A stretch of 64,000 nt of DNA, taken from the NCBI GenBank assembly GCA_965198945.1, contig CBDAQI010000004.1:77230-141229 (forward strand), given 5' to 3'. Shown one piece after another: positions 25,377-36,690 of the stretch. The number at the start of each line of letters is the position of its first letter. The stretch's first letter is position 1. The notes below the pieces were generated by a model that was not told the DNA's origin, did not search any database, and saw only the letters and a program-made list of their open reading frames with translations. Both the position numbers and the translations under genes were made by a program. The stretch comes from Thermodesulfobacteriota bacterium (GTDB lineage: Bacteria > Desulfobacterota_D > UBA1144 > Nemesobacterales > Mycalebacteriaceae).

Positions 25377-26451
25377 ATGCGGATAACTCAGGACAATTCT
25401 GATAATAAAGACAGGGTTCGCGCTCTTGTTAAAAACTATTACGGCGGAGTTCTCAAATCCTCGGCTGATTTGAAGACAAACTCCTGCTGTTGCGCGGAGC
25501 CTGACGGGGAAATGACCGACATTGTTTCACAGATTCACGAGGAAGTGGTTTCAAAATACTATGGTTGCGGTTCGGTTATTCCGCCCCTGCTTGAGGGGAT
25601 GAAGGTTCTTGATCTCGGCTCGGGTTCGGGGCGTGACGCTTTTATTCTTTCAAAACTTGTGGGCGAGAGCGGCTCGGTTGTCGGAATTGATATGACAGAT
25701 GAGCAGCTTGAGGTTGCAAATCGCCATATTGACTACCACACTGAAATTTTCGGCTACAAAAAACCCAATGTGTCTTTCAAAAAAGGATACATAGAGCTGC
25801 TTGAAGACGCCGCAATAGCGGAGGGGGAGTTTGACATTGCGGTTTCAAACTGTGTTGTAAATCTTTCTCCGGACAAAAACGCCGTTTTGGAGCAGGTCTA
25901 CAGGGCTTTGAAGCCCGGAGGAGAATTCTATTTCAGTGACGTGTATGCCGACAGGGCGCATTGCCCCTGAAGCGGCGCAAGACCCCGTTCTCTACGGAGA
26001 ATGTCTCGGAGGCGCCCTTTATACGGAGGATTTCCGCCGCATAGCCGCAAAGGCCGGTTTTCCGGACTGCCGGGTTGTTGAAGGAAAAACAATAGAAATA
26101 GGTGATGAGGGAGCCCTCGCTCTTGTCCGTAACGCAAGTTTCGCTTCCATAACATACCGTCTTTTCAAAATTGACGGACTTGAAGACGCATGTGAAGACT
26201 ACGGACAGGCGGTTCGCTATAAAGGCGGCATTCCCGGTTTTCCTTTCCGGTTTGATTTGGACAACGGACACGGGTTTGAAAAGGGAAGGGTTTTCCCGGT
26301 TTGCGCGAACACTTTTATGATGCTTGAAAAAACAAGGTTCGCGAAGTATTTTGACTTCTTCGGAGATATGACGGAACGCCTCGGACTTTTTGCCGATTGC
26401 GGAAATTCTTCGTTTGATTCAACTTCTCTCACTGACAGTTCCTGTTGTTGA
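25377..26451 (+). CDS. Arsenite methyltransferase-like SAM-dependent methyltransferase (indel near 25955)
   Basis: LKTNSCC, KYYGCG, VLDLGSGSGRD, SNCVVNLSPDK, FSDVYADR/RI...LYGECLGGALY, EDACEDYGQ; ArsM/AS3MT-like. Confidence 0.85.
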
Positions 26452-26754
26452 GATACCCTCCGGCAAGGCAGTCTGCGCCCATTTTTTATACTTGTTTTAG
26501 AAGCAAAAAACTGGTGTTCCGAGTCAGTTTTTTTCTGTTTTACATTTTGCTTTATCTATCAAATTCTATAATGATTACAAGATGTTATAAATTAGATTTG
26601 AAGCGTATTCTTTGTTTTGGCATGTTAAGTGATTCGGTTAACTTGCTGGGGAGTGTTTGATGTGTGCAGTGAGTGGGTTTTATTTGTTTTGAACATTGTC
26701 CGGCCGGTTGCGGTTAGTTTTGTTTCTTCGGTATAAACTTGGGCTGAAATTGCC

Positions 26755-29700
26755 ATGCCGAAGCGAACTGATATTGAAAGCGTCCTCCTTATTGGATCCG
26801 GTCCGATTGTCATAGGGCAGGCATGTGAATTTGACTACTCAGGCACTCAAGCTTGCAAGGCGCTCAAAGATGACGGATACAAAACAATTCTTGTAAACAG
26901 CAATCCCGCGACCATCATGACAGACCCTTCGGTTGCGGACCGCACCTACATAGAGCCCATTGAGACGCAAACGGTTGCCAAAATAATAGAAAAAGAGCGG
27001 CCAGACGCCCTTTTGCCCACCCTTGGAGGGCAGACCGCCCTCAATACGGCGGTCAATCTTGCTGAAAACGGGATTCTTGAAAAGTTCGGCGTTCGTCTTA
27101 TAGGGGCAAACCCCGAAGCGATAAAAAAAGCCGAAAGCAGGGAATTGTTCAAAAAGTCTATGCTCAAAATAGGGCTGGGTCTGCCTGAGAGCGGCCTTGC
27201 GCGAAATATGGACGAGGCTTGGGAAGTGGTTGAAAAAGTGGGTTTCCCGGCGATTATAAGGTCTTCCTTCACACTGGGCGGCAGCGGAGGAAGCATCGTC
27301 TATAACAGAGAAGAATTTCCCTCGTATGCTGAAGCCGGTCTGGACGCCAGCCCGATAAGTGAGATTCTGATTGAGCAGTCGGTTCTGGGTTGGAAAGAGT
27401 TTGAATTTGAGGTGATGAGAGACCTTAATGACAACGTTGTGATTATCTGCTCCATTGAAAATTTTGACCCGATGGGTGTTCACACCGGAGACAGCATAAC
27501 CGTTGCGCCCGCCCAGACCCTTACAGACAAAGAGTATCAGCGCCTGAGAGACGCCTCCGTATCAGTCATAAGAGAAATAGGTGTTGAAACCGGCGGGTCA
27601 AACATACAGTTCGCCGTCAATCCCGAGAACGGAGAGTTTATCGTGATTGAGATGAATCCGAGGGTGTCAAGGAGCTCGGCTCTAGCTTCAAAGGCAACAG
27701 GTTTTCCGATAGCCAAAATAGCGGCGAAACTTGCCGTCGGATACACGCTTGACGAAATTTCAAACGATATAACCCGCTATACTCCGGCCTCTTTTGAGCC
27801 CCCGCGATAGACTACGTTGTGGTAAAAATTCCCAGATTTGCCTTTGAGAAATTTCCCGAAACCTCTTCCACTCTTACAACTCAGATGAAATCAGTCGGCG
27901 AGGCTATGGCAATGGGAAGAACTTTCAAGGAATCACTGCAAAAAGCCGTCCGGTCTCTTGAGACTGATCGTTCTTTTCTGAGCCCGGTAACGGATGACCC
28001 CGAATACGTAAGGCAGAAACTCAGCACTCCCGGCCCCGACAGGCTCTGGTTCATAGCGGACGCTTTCCGTCTGGGTTTTGAAGAAGATGAAATTTACCGG
28101 CTCAGTTCAATAGACCGGTGGTTTCTCCGCAATATTTTTCAGATAGTTGAACAGGAAAAAATCATCAAAAGTTTTGAGGGTTCAGTTCCTTCCTCCGAAG
28201 TTCTGAGACAGTCAAAGGAAAAAGGTTTTTCCGACTTGGCGATTGCCTCTTTGACGGGCAAAAGCGAAGACGAAATAAGACGGGAGCGTGTGAGACTCGG
28301 CATTGTTTCTTCCTACAAAATGGTTGACACTTGCGCCGCAGAGTTTGAATCTTACACACCGTATCTCTACTCTTCATATGACCCGCACAGTGAAGCTCCG
28401 GCAAGCGATAGAAAGAAAGTTATGATTCTCGGCGGCGGCCCGAACAGAATAGGTCAGGGCATAGAATTTGATTACTGTTGTGTTCACGCCGCGTTTGCAA
28501 TGAAAGAGCGCGGGTATGAAACCATTATGGTTAACTGCAATCCCGAAACGGTCAGCACCGATTACGACACTTCGGACAGGCTTTATTTTGAGCCGCTGAC
28601 CCTTGAGGATGTGCTTTCCATAGTTGACAGGGAAAAACCCGAAGGCGTGATAGTGAACTTTGGCGGCCAGACCCCGCTCAATCTTGCGATTCCGCTTGAA
28701 AGGCGCGGGGTTAAAATCATGGGAACTTCCCCGGACAGCATAGACCTTGCTGAAGACAGAGAGAGGTTTAACAAACTTGTTTCGGAACTTGGTTTGAAGC
28801 AGCCGGCCGGGGCGATAACGCGAAGCGCCGATGAGGCGATTCGCAGGGCGGATGAAATAGGCTATCCGGTTGTCGTGCGCCCCTCATATGTTCTTGGCGG
28901 CAGGGCTATGGAGATAGTTTACAAGAGGGAAGACCTTGTGCGCTACATCAGCGAGGCGGTGAGGGTTTCTCAGAACCGGCCAAATACTCATCGATGAATT
29001 TATGAAAAATGCCGGGGAGGTTGATGTTGACGCGGTTTGTGACGGCAGAACGGTTGTTGTCGGAGCGGTGATGGAGCACATAGAGGAGGCGGGAGTTCAT
29101 TCCGGCGACAGCGCTATGATAACGCCTCCCGTTTCAATAGATAAAAAGACCGTTGATGAGATAATCGCCCAGACAAAAGCTCTTGCCCTCGGAATTGATG
29201 CGCGCGGGCTTGTAAATGTGCAGTTTGCGGTCAAAGACGGTGAGGTGTTCATAATTGAACTCAACCCCAGAGCGAGCAGAACGGTTCCGTTTGTAAGCAA
29301 GGCAATCGGTGTGCCGCTTGCCAAAGTGGCGACTTATATCATGTCCGGCATGACGCTTGAAGAAATAGGATTCACAAAAGAGATTGAGCCGAAACTTTTT
29401 TGCGTCAAAGAGTCGGTCTTCCCTTTTCTCCGCTTTTCCGGGGTGGACACCATACTCGGTCCCGAAATGAAATCCACCGGTGAGGTTATGGGTATGGATG
29501 CCAATATCAAAAGGGCTTTCGCCAAATCTCAAATTGCGGCGGGTAATTCTCTTCCGGTTTCGGGAACCGCTTTTATAAGCGTTCGTGATGAAGACAAAAA
29601 TGATACAACGGTTGATGTTGCGCGCCGACTGGGCGCCGTCGGATTTGAAATAGTAGCCACTTCGGGAACTGCGCGTTTTTTGTCCGCAACAGGAGTCCTC

Positions 29701-29970
29701 TGCAAGACGGTTAAAAAGGTCAAGGAGGGAAGACCCAATATTGTTGATATTCTGAAAAATGACGGAGTTCATCTTGTTATTAACACCACAACCGGCAAGG
29801 AGCAGGTGCTTCAGTCATTTTCCATCAGGCGCACTTCCCTTGTGAACTCAATTCCCTACTTTACAACCATTGAAGGCGCAAAGGCGGCCACGGGAGCCAT
29901 AGAGGAAATTTGCGGACAGACCCTTGGGGTTAACGCTCTTCAGGATTTTGAGAATCCGGGTTCAATTTGA
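26755..29970 (+). CDS. carB: Carbamoyl-phosphate synthase large subunit (indels near 27800 and 28982)
   Basis: [67 protein letters not shown] domain; three ORF pieces join into one CarB. Confidence 0.97.
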
Positions 29971-29993
29971 TAGAATCGTCTACGGGTCAAGTT

Positions 29994-30467
29994 ATGAGTT
30001 CCAGAATTCCTATTACGCCGGGCGGCTATGAAAAACTCAAAAAAGAGCTTGCGCGCCTTAAAAATGTTGAGCGTCCCGATATTATAAAACAGATTGAGTA
30101 TGCTCGCTCACTCGGTGATTTATCAGAGAATGCCGAATATGAAACGGCAAAAAACAAACAGTCAATGGTTGAGGGCAGAATCAAAGATATTGAGGCGAAG
30201 ATAGGACTTGCCGAGGTTATAGACCCTGAACGGATTACCAACAAAGAAAAGGTTGTTTTCGGTCTGACCGTTACGGTCGAGGATATTGAAACCGGCGACA
30301 CAAACAAATATCAGCTCGTAGGCCCGGATGAGACTGACCCGGAAGGAGGCCTTATCTCAATAACCTCACCCATTGGAAGAGCCCTTGTGGGAAAGGAGAT
30401 TGAAGACGAAATAAAGGTTGCGGCTCCCGGGGGCATGAGAGAGTTTGTGATTGTGGGGATAGATTGA
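29994..30467 (+). CDS. greA: Transcription elongation factor GreA
   Basis: ARSLGDLSENAEY, ISITSPIGRALVGK. Confidence 0.97.
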   Translation: MSSRIPITPGGYEKLKKELARLKNVERPDIIKQIEYARSLGDLSENAEYETAKNKQSMVEGRIKDIEAKIGLAEVIDPERITNKEKVVFGLTVTVEDIETGDTNKYQLVGPDETDPEGGLISITSPIGRALVGKEIEDEIKVAAPGGMREFVIVGID

Positions 30468-31010
30468 AAGGGCTTTCAGGCTTGCTTCCAAAAACCTTTT
30501 TGCTTTTTTCCGCGCTTGCGCTTTTGCTTTTTTTGCCGGCCGCTTCAGGCTGTTTTGCGGAGGAGAAAGAACCCGCTCACCTTGCCGGAATTGACCCTGA
30601 AGATGTTGACTGGAAAGCGAAGACGGACAGTTACTGGCGCGCCGTTCTTTCAGAAAAAACGTTTCAGAATATGCAGAAAAGTCGGAACGGAGTATCCCGG
30701 CACCGGCAAATACGACAGTTTCTATGAAAAGGGAGTTTACAGATGCTCAAGCTGCGGGCTTGAGTTGTTTTCCTCAGAAGACAAATACAATTCCCACACC
30801 GGGTGGCCAAGTTTCCGGCGTCCGATCAGAGACGGAGCCGTGGCTTACAAAGACGATTTTTCTTTCGGGATGAGAAGAACGGAAATTGTTTGCGCAAGGT
30901 GCGGCGCGCATCTCGGACATGTTTTTGATGACGGCCCAAAACCGACCGGAAAACGTTATTGCGTTAATTCAATATGCCTTTTTCACGAAAAGCCGGGAGG
31001 AAAATTTTAA
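30464..31010 (+). CDS. msrB: Peptide-methionine (R)-S-oxide reductase with signal peptide (indel near 30655)
   Basis: Hydrophobic N-terminus; GTEYPGTG, CSSC, GWPSF, CARCGAHLGHVFDDGPKPTGKRYCVNS. Confidence 0.9.
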
Positions 31011-31510
31011 TGACTGCCGGAAAAAATCGTCAGGTTTTTTTTTAACCGTTTTTGCTGTCTTATCCCTTGACAGACTTTCAAAAATGTTTGTTGCGGAGCT
31101 GACTGTTCCGGGGTCTTCTTACAGCGTTTTGCCTTTCCTTGAAATTGTTCATTACAGAAACACCGGCATTGCGTTTGGAATGCTTCAGGGGCTGGGCGGC
31201 ACTGCCCGGTTTGTGCTTTTCGGAGGAGCTCTTGTCGCGGCGCTGTTTTTTTGCCGCAATTTTTTTAAGAAGGAACACGGAAGGGAGGTTTTTTCTGGCT
31301 TTGATTATCGGCGGCGCGGTCGGAAACTCAATTGACAGGTTTTCGTCCGGGTATGTTACTGATTTTATTGAGATTCACTGGTTCGGAAGTGAAATATTGC
31401 GATGGCCCGCCTTTAATGTTGCAGATTTTTTTATCACGGTCGGTACGGCGGCGCTTGTGATAACATTACTGAGACAGGGACGGCGGAAAAATGTTTACGG
31501 GAATAGTTGA
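31010..31510 (+). CDS. lspA: Signal peptidase II (two homopolymer indels, ~31021-31043 and ~31250)
   Basis: LDRLSK, NTGIAFG, GGAVGNSIDR, VTDFI, WPAFNVADFFI. Confidence 0.92.
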
Positions 31511-32093
31511 AGACACGGGTGTGGTTAGTATGGTGCAACCGGGCGCTGACACTTTTGTCGGAATAAAGCCCTCGGCAATTAAGCCTGAGTCTTTAGCCAT
31601 TGGTGAGAGTATATCTGTGAGCGGAGTCTGTCTCACTGCTGTGTCTTTTGAGTCCGGGGCTTTTTTTATTCAGGCGTCACGGGAAACTTTTTCAAAAACA
31701 ACAATGTCATCAATATCCGAGGGGTCTTTCGTGAACATTGAAAGATCTGTCGCCGCTGACGGACTCATGGGCGGGCACATAGTAACGGGCCATATAGACG
31801 GGGTCGGAACCGTTGAATCAACCCGTCCCCGCGGTGATTCGGTTGAATTTAGTTTTTCACTGCCGGGCGGTTTTATGAAGTATGTGACATCCAAGGGGTG
31901 CATTGCTATAAACGGCGTGAGCCTGACCGTAAATGATGTTAAGGGCGAACTGTTTTCCGTTAATGTAATACCGCACACCCTTTCCCACACGACCTTTGGA
32001 AGCCTGTCCGCCGGAGACAAAGTAAACTTTGAGTGTGATATTGTTGCAAAGTATGTTGAGAGGCTGATGACTTTTGAAAAAAAGCCGTCTTGA
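31491..32093 (+). CDS. ribE: Riboflavin synthase (alpha chain)
   Basis: MFTGIVE, SISVSGVCLT, GGHIVTGHIDG, INGVSLTVN. Confidence 0.96.
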   Translation: MFTGIVEDTGVVSMVQPGADTFVGIKPSAIKPESLAIGESISVSGVCLTAVSFESGAFFIQASRETFSKTTMSSISEGSFVNIERSVAADGLMGGHIVTGHIDGVGTVESTRPRGDSVEFSFSLPGGFMKYVTSKGCIAINGVSLTVNDVKGELFSVNVIPHTLSHTTFGSLSAGDKVNFECDIVAKYVERLMTFEKKPS

Positions 32094-32640
32094 TGAAAAA
32101 GTTTTTCTGACCGGATTTATGGGCGCGGGCAAAACCACAGTGGGTCCGGTTCTTGCGAGGCTTCTCGGTGTGCCTTTTGTTGATATGGATTCAATGATCC
32201 GTGAGCGTCAGTCGTGTGAAATTGAAGATATAATGTCTTTGCTCGGCGAGTCGGGGTTCAGGAATCTTGAATCCGAAATGCTGGCCGAGATTTGCTCCTC
32301 TCCCGGCGCCATGGTCATTTCCACCGGCGGAGGTGTCGTGATTGCGGAAAAAAATCGCCGGGCAATGAAAGAGTCGGGAATTACCGTATACTTGAAGGCA
32401 AAACTTGAAACCATTATGATGAGAATTTCAAAAGAAAACGAGAGGGGCATATCCGTCCGTCCGCTTCTGAAATCGGACAATCCTTTTGAAAGAGCGGCCG
32501 AGCTTTTTGCGGACAGGATGGAATTTTACGAAAAAGCTGATTTGACAGTGGAAACTGACGGGCGCCGCCCCGAAGATGTCGCGGAAAAAATCTTGTTCCT
32601 TCTGGAGCCCCGACTTGGCAAAACGGAGAAAAAACAGTGA
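32074..32640 (+). CDS. aroK: Shikimate kinase
   Basis: LTGFMGAGKTTVG, GESGFRNLE, STGGG, RPLL. Confidence 0.96.
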   Translation: MKKSRLDEKVFLTGFMGAGKTTVGPVLARLLGVPFVDMDSMIRERQSCEIEDIMSLLGESGFRNLESEMLAEICSSPGAMVISTGGGVVIAEKNRRAMKESGITVYLKAKLETIMMRISKENERGISVRPLLKSDNPFERAAELFADRMEFYEKADLTVETDGRRPEDVAEKILFLLEPRLGKTEKKQ

Positions 32641-32650
32641 GGTTTGAAAA

Positions 32651-34255
32651 GTGAAAAAATCAAGTTTTATTCTGCTTGCGGTTGCGGGGCTTGTCCTTGC
32701 CCTGTTAATTTTGCGCGGTTTTTCCACGGAGCGGCCGGGGGGTTCCTCTGCGCCGCCACCCGTTTCCGCGGAAGAAAAAATTTATGCCGTCCATTCGGGC
32801 AAGTCTGAGCAATCTGAAAAAGAAAATGAAGAACCTGAAAAACCTTCAGCAAACCCGGATGTTAGCCGGAGCGCCAAAGAAGATAAAAGCGAAGATTTTG
32901 AAAAAAACAGTTTTCCGTCTTTTGCGGAACTTGTTGAGAAACACAAACCCTCGGTTGTCAACATAAGCACAACAACCGTTTCAAAGTCCGGGCCTTTTCC
33001 GCAATTTCCGTTTGGCGGAAACAGGGATCTTTTTGAGGAGTTTTTTGAAAACTTTTTCGGTCGCATGCCCGAACAGGAATTCAGAAACCGCGGCCTCGGC
33101 TCGGGATTCATTATTGACGATGAAGGGCACATCGTAACCAACAACCATGTTGTGGCCAATGCCGAAGAGATAGAGGTAACGCTTGAAAACGGTTCACGAT
33201 ACAAGGCGAGTGTGGTTGGCACCGACCCCAAAACAGACATTGCGCTCATAAAGATAGAGCCTCGTGAAAAACTCATTCCCGTTCAGTTGGGAAGCTCTGA
33301 AGAATTAAAAATAGGAGAATGGGTTTTTGCGATAGGAAACCCCCTCGGTCTCGGCTATACGGTCACCGCGGGAATAGTCAGCGCAAAAGGAAGGTCTCTT
33401 GGCATGGGAGCATATGACAATTTCATACAGACCGACGCTCCTCTAAATCCCGGCAACAGCGGCGGCCCTCTTTTTAATTTGCGGGGTCTTGTGATTGCTG
33501 TTAACACCGCCGTTGCTTCGCGCGGACAGGGAATAGGGTTTTCCATTCCGATTGATATGGTGTCGGGAATCGTCACTCAGCTGAAGAAAAGCGGAAAAGT
33601 TATCAGAGGCTGGATAGGGGTTTCAATACAGGAAGTTACCGAAGACCTTGCAAGCAACCTCGGGCTTGACACTGCCGCGGGGGCGCTCGTCAGTGAGGTT
33701 TTCAAAAGCTCCCCCGCTTCCAATGCCGGAGTGAAGCCCGGTGATGTGATAGTAAAGTTTGACGGAAAAGATGTGAAACAGTCTTCGGACCTTCGGATAA
33801 TTGTCGCCAATTTGAAACCCGGAACAAAAGTAAAAGCGGTTGTTATAAGAGAGGGAAAAGAGAAAACACTGGATATCAAAATAACCAAAATGGAGGCCGA
33901 TATTCCGGGATCCAAACAGACTGAAAAGCGGTCCGGAGAAGAAAAAAATAAAGCCTCCTCTCTGGGAATCGTTGTGTCGGAGGTTACACCCGCTCTTGCG
34001 AAGCGTTACCGTCTGGATTTGACGAGCGGAGTTATGGTTTTTCAAGTGCGGAGAAACAGTCCCGCCTTGGATTCAGGCATAAGAGCGGGAGATCTCATAA
34101 TTGAGATTGACGGCGCGACGATAGAGTCTGTTGCGGATTATGAAAAAGCGACTGAAAAAGTTGAGAAAAAGAAGCGCTCCCTGTTTCTTATACGCAGAAG
34201 CGGGGGGAATATTTTTATGACTCTGAGAATTCCGGACGGCAAAGAGAAAAAATAG
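32651..34255 (+). CDS. Do/DegP/DegQ family serine endopeptidase with two PDZ domains
   Basis: GLGSGFII, TNNHVV, DIAL, QTDAPLNPGNSGGPL; N-terminal membrane anchor. Confidence 0.95.
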   Translation: MKKSSFILLAVAGLVLALLILRGFSTERPGGSSAPPPVSAEEKIYAVHSGKSEQSEKENEEPEKPSANPDVSRSAKEDKSEDFEKNSFPSFAELVEKHKPSVVNISTTTVSKSGPFPQFPFGGNRDLFEEFFENFFGRMPEQEFRNRGLGSGFIIDDEGHIVTNNHVVANAEEIEVTLENGSRYKASVVGTDPKTDIALIKIEPREKLIPVQLGSSEELKIGEWVFAIGNPLGLGYTVTAGIVSAKGRSLGMGAYDNFIQTDAPLNPGNSGGPLFNLRGLVIAVNTAVASRGQGIGFSIPIDMVSGIVTQLKKSGKVIRGWIGVSIQEVTEDLASNLGLDTAAGALVSEVFKSSPASNAGVKPGDVIVKFDGKDVKQSSDLRIIVANLKPGTKVKAVVIREGKEKTLDIKITKMEADIPGSKQTEKRSGEEKNKASSLGIVVSEVTPALAKRYRLDLTSGVMVFQVRRNSPALDSGIRAGDLIIEIDGATIESVADYEKATEKVEKKKRSLFLIRRSGGNIFMTLRIPDGKEKK

Positions 34256-34269
34256 AAGGGCGGCCGTTC

Positions 34270-34707
34270 TTACGCGTTTGGTTGCGCAATGGCCTGTGCA
34301 AATTTTTTCGGCACACGCGCCACTTTTTTCTTCTTAAAGTCAAAAAACACAATCCCGGTTCTCACCCTTGCTATCTCCGTTTTTTGTTTTTTCTCTGAAA
34401 GCAGATAGAAGAGGTCCAGCCCGTATTTCAAGGGCTCTCCGCATCCTATTCTGATATTCAGCACATCTCCGTAGAAAGACTCATTTGAATAGGAAAGAGC
34501 GGCTTCTGAAAGAATTATTCCTTTGCCGAACACATCTCCTTCGCCACTCGCTCCGAGGCTTATGAAAAACCTTACCCGCGCTTCGTGGACTATCGTCAGA
34601 AACGAATCGTGCCCGACATGCATTCCATAGTTTATGTCGCTGATCCTGACGGCAATATCGGTGGAGAAGATGAATCTCTCAGGCATTTCTATTTTATGTC
34701 TGGCCAT
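34270..34707 (-). CDS. Acyl-CoA thioesterase (4HBT/FcbC-like)
   Basis: VRISDINYGMHVGH...HEARVRF. Confidence 0.88.
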   Translation of the reverse strand: MARHKIEMPERFIFSTDIAVRISDINYGMHVGHDSFLTIVHEARVRFFISLGASGEGDVFGKGIILSEAALSYSNESFYGDVLNIRIGCGEPLKYGLDLFYLLSEKKQKTEIARVRTGIVFFDFKKKKVARVPKKFAQAIAQPNA

Positions 34708-34813
34708 TGTAACAAATATAAATCCGTCTCCCGTTCATGCCAAACCGGTTTGATTTTTTCTTTGCCACTGGTATTGTAAGCCCGTCTTCAGACTTCTGTG
34801 GGGGTGATTTGAG

Positions 34814-35032
34814 ATGAACAGAGATGATTTTGAGAAATACTATATTTCCAAGCAAGTAAACATAGAACAGAAAAAGTTCTTTTTTGACCTGAAAGAAAAC
34901 CACAAAGGCAAATATGTCCGCATAACCGAAATCAGCGGGGGGCGCTCCTGCATAGTAATTCCGCTCAGCGGAGCACAATCTTTCAGTGAAGGGCTTGCGG
35001 ATATTATGAAAGAAGCCCTGGTTCTGGACTGA
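34814..35032 (+). CDS. PUR-domain (PurA-like) ssDNA/RNA-binding protein
   Basis: SKQVNIEQKKFFFDLKENHKGKYVRITE...RSCIVIP matches a single PUR repeat. Confidence 0.85.
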   Translation: MNRDDFEKYYISKQVNIEQKKFFFDLKENHKGKYVRITEISGGRSCIVIPLSGAQSFSEGLADIMKEALVLD

Positions 35033-35033
35033 T

Positions 35034-36122
35034 TTATTTTTCATGCGGGGCGGGGCTGCCGCCTTTTACACGGATTTTTACCGATTTTTTGTCTGGGGAA
35101 ACGCTCATAAGTCCCACTGACAGATTTCTGTAGTCCCTGGTTTCACCGGGCGGCGGCGGATTCTTTATTCTGAAGTCATTTGATATTCTTGCGCCGCCTT
35201 TTCCGGAGAGAAATTCCACGGTCATGGTTACTTCCCGGTAGCTGAGTAAACTTCTGTTTTTCAACCTTAGAAACTTTATGGTGCCGTCAGAACCCGCCAT
35301 ACCGCTTCCCCACTCAAATTTTTCTATTTCAATGTCGTAACCCGGAACGGCCGATTCCCGGTCGGCTGCGTAGTTTTCCTCCGGGGTGTTTTTTTCCACT
35401 TTCATCAGAGCGGCTCTTTTCCGTGAGACCGGTTCCGCGGAGATTATCTTAACTTCAATCTCTTTTGCAGAAGGATGTAAAAACCCCGGATTTATATTCT
35501 CATAAACGGTTTCCGTTCCCGCCTCAGCTATTTTGTTCATTCTTGCCGAACTTGAACCGACTCTGTCTCCGCCCGTTTCTCTCTGTATTATTAGAAACTT
35601 CACTCTCCCATATGGTGTGGATGAGGGGTTTTCAACGGTTATTTTTTCAATTATTCCCGCTCCGACTCCCTGGGTTCCGGCCTCCCAGTTCCAACTCTTG
35701 ACCAAAAGCGGATGACCGGGTTTTGAACCCTCCGCCTCAACCGCTCCCGCAACTTCAAGCTCAACCCTGTCCATATTAAAATTCATAATTCCGAGACGCA
35801 CATTGCTGAAAGTTTTTACTTCTCCGGCTTTCAGCCCCTTCTTTATTCTGCCGCGCGCGCTGCCCGCCGGTTTCCCGTTGAACAGATAAAAACGCGCCTT
35901 CAGGGTTACGGAGGAAAAGTCTTTATCATCATTGTTTTTAAGGGTTACCTCGGAAAAAACCGCTTTTCTCACGGCTCCGCCGGATTTCCATTTGAAACTC
36001 TCAACGCTTATGTCGGGCTTTTTATCTCCGCTAAAAATGCCAATGCGCGGCAGGGCCGCCACTTCATTGTGGAAAAATGCAAAAAAAATCAATGAAAGGG
36101 TTATCAGAAAGAGATTTTTCAT
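35034..36122 (-). CDS. Secreted hypothetical protein with three tandem beta-sandwich-like repeats
   Basis: Signal peptide; three ~95-aa repeats starting I-V-ESFKW / LVKSWNW / IEKFEW. Confidence 0.75.
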   Translation of the reverse strand: MKNLFLITLSLIFFAFFHNEVAALPRIGIFSGDKKPDISVESFKWKSGGAVRKAVFSEVTLKNNDDKDFSSVTLKARFYLFNGKPAGSARGRIKKGLKAGEVKTFSNVRLGIMNFNMDRVELEVAGAVEAEGSKPGHPLLVKSWNWEAGTQGVGAGIIEKITVENPSSTPYGRVKFLIIQRETGGDRVGSSSARMNKIAEAGTETVYENINPGFLHPSAKEIEVKIISAEPVSRKRAALMKVEKNTPEENYAADRESAVPGYDIEIEKFEWGSGMAGSDGTIKFLRLKNRSLLSYREVTMTVEFLSGKGGARISNDFRIKNPPPPGETRDYRNLSVGLMSVSPDKKSVKIRVKGGSPAPHEK

Positions 36123-36195
36123 TTTAATTCTTTGTCAAGAGGCAAAGACACTATACAATTAAGAGAGAAAAGCCACACCACCGGGAAAACCTGAA

Positions 36196-36513
36196 TTGAA
36201 CACTTACATCCTGCTCAGCAAATTAACTCCGGAAGGGAGAAAGACCGTCAGAGAGAGGCCCGGCAGAATCAAGGAAGTTGACAGAGAGCTTGAGAAGTTC
36301 GGGGTCAAGGTTCTTGAGCAGTATGCCACTCTCGGTCATTACGACTTTGTCAACATAGTTGAGGCCCCTGACAATGAGACCGTTGGTCAGGTGTCGGTTG
36401 AGCTTTGCTCAAGAGGTACGATTGAGATTGTAACACTTGTAGCAGTTTCAATTGATTCAATCGTGGACACCTTTGCGGCGGCCAGAGCCGAAAGAGGACA
36501 GTCCAGGCAATGA
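36196..36513 (+). CDS. GYD domain protein
   Basis: YILLSKLTPEG...YATLGHYDFVNIVEAPDNET. Confidence 0.88.
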   Translation: MNTYILLSKLTPEGRKTVRERPGRIKEVDRELEKFGVKVLEQYATLGHYDFVNIVEAPDNETVGQVSVELCSRGTIEIVTLVAVSIDSIVDTFAAARAERGQSRQ

Positions 36514-36689
36514 ACGGCGGCGGGTTTTTTTCATCTCTTTTTGGTTCAATCAAAGAACAGTCGTCCGATGTATACGGTAAGAACGCCGCATCCACACTGT
36601 TTTTTTATGTTGTTTTTGCCATTGCGGCGGTTGTTGTTCCGGTTGCCGCGCTTATAGGTATTACTGTTTTCAACTGGCTCGCATATTAA
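36510..36689 (+). CDS. Small membrane protein (59 aa), absent from the ORF track
   Basis: MNGGGFFSSLFGSIKEQSSDVYGKNAASTLFFYVVFAIAAVVVPVAALIGITVFNWLAY; ATGA overlap with the GYD stop; ends immediately before mutL. Confidence 0.6.
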   Translation: MNGGGFFSSLFGSIKEQSSDVYGKNAASTLFFYVVFAIAAVVVPVAALIGITVFNWLAY

Positions 36690-36690
36690 T

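Noticed and set aside
26452..26754. ncRNA or small ORF in the AT-rich gap before carB
   Set aside because: No convincing structure, RBS or coding signal; most likely promoter DNA.
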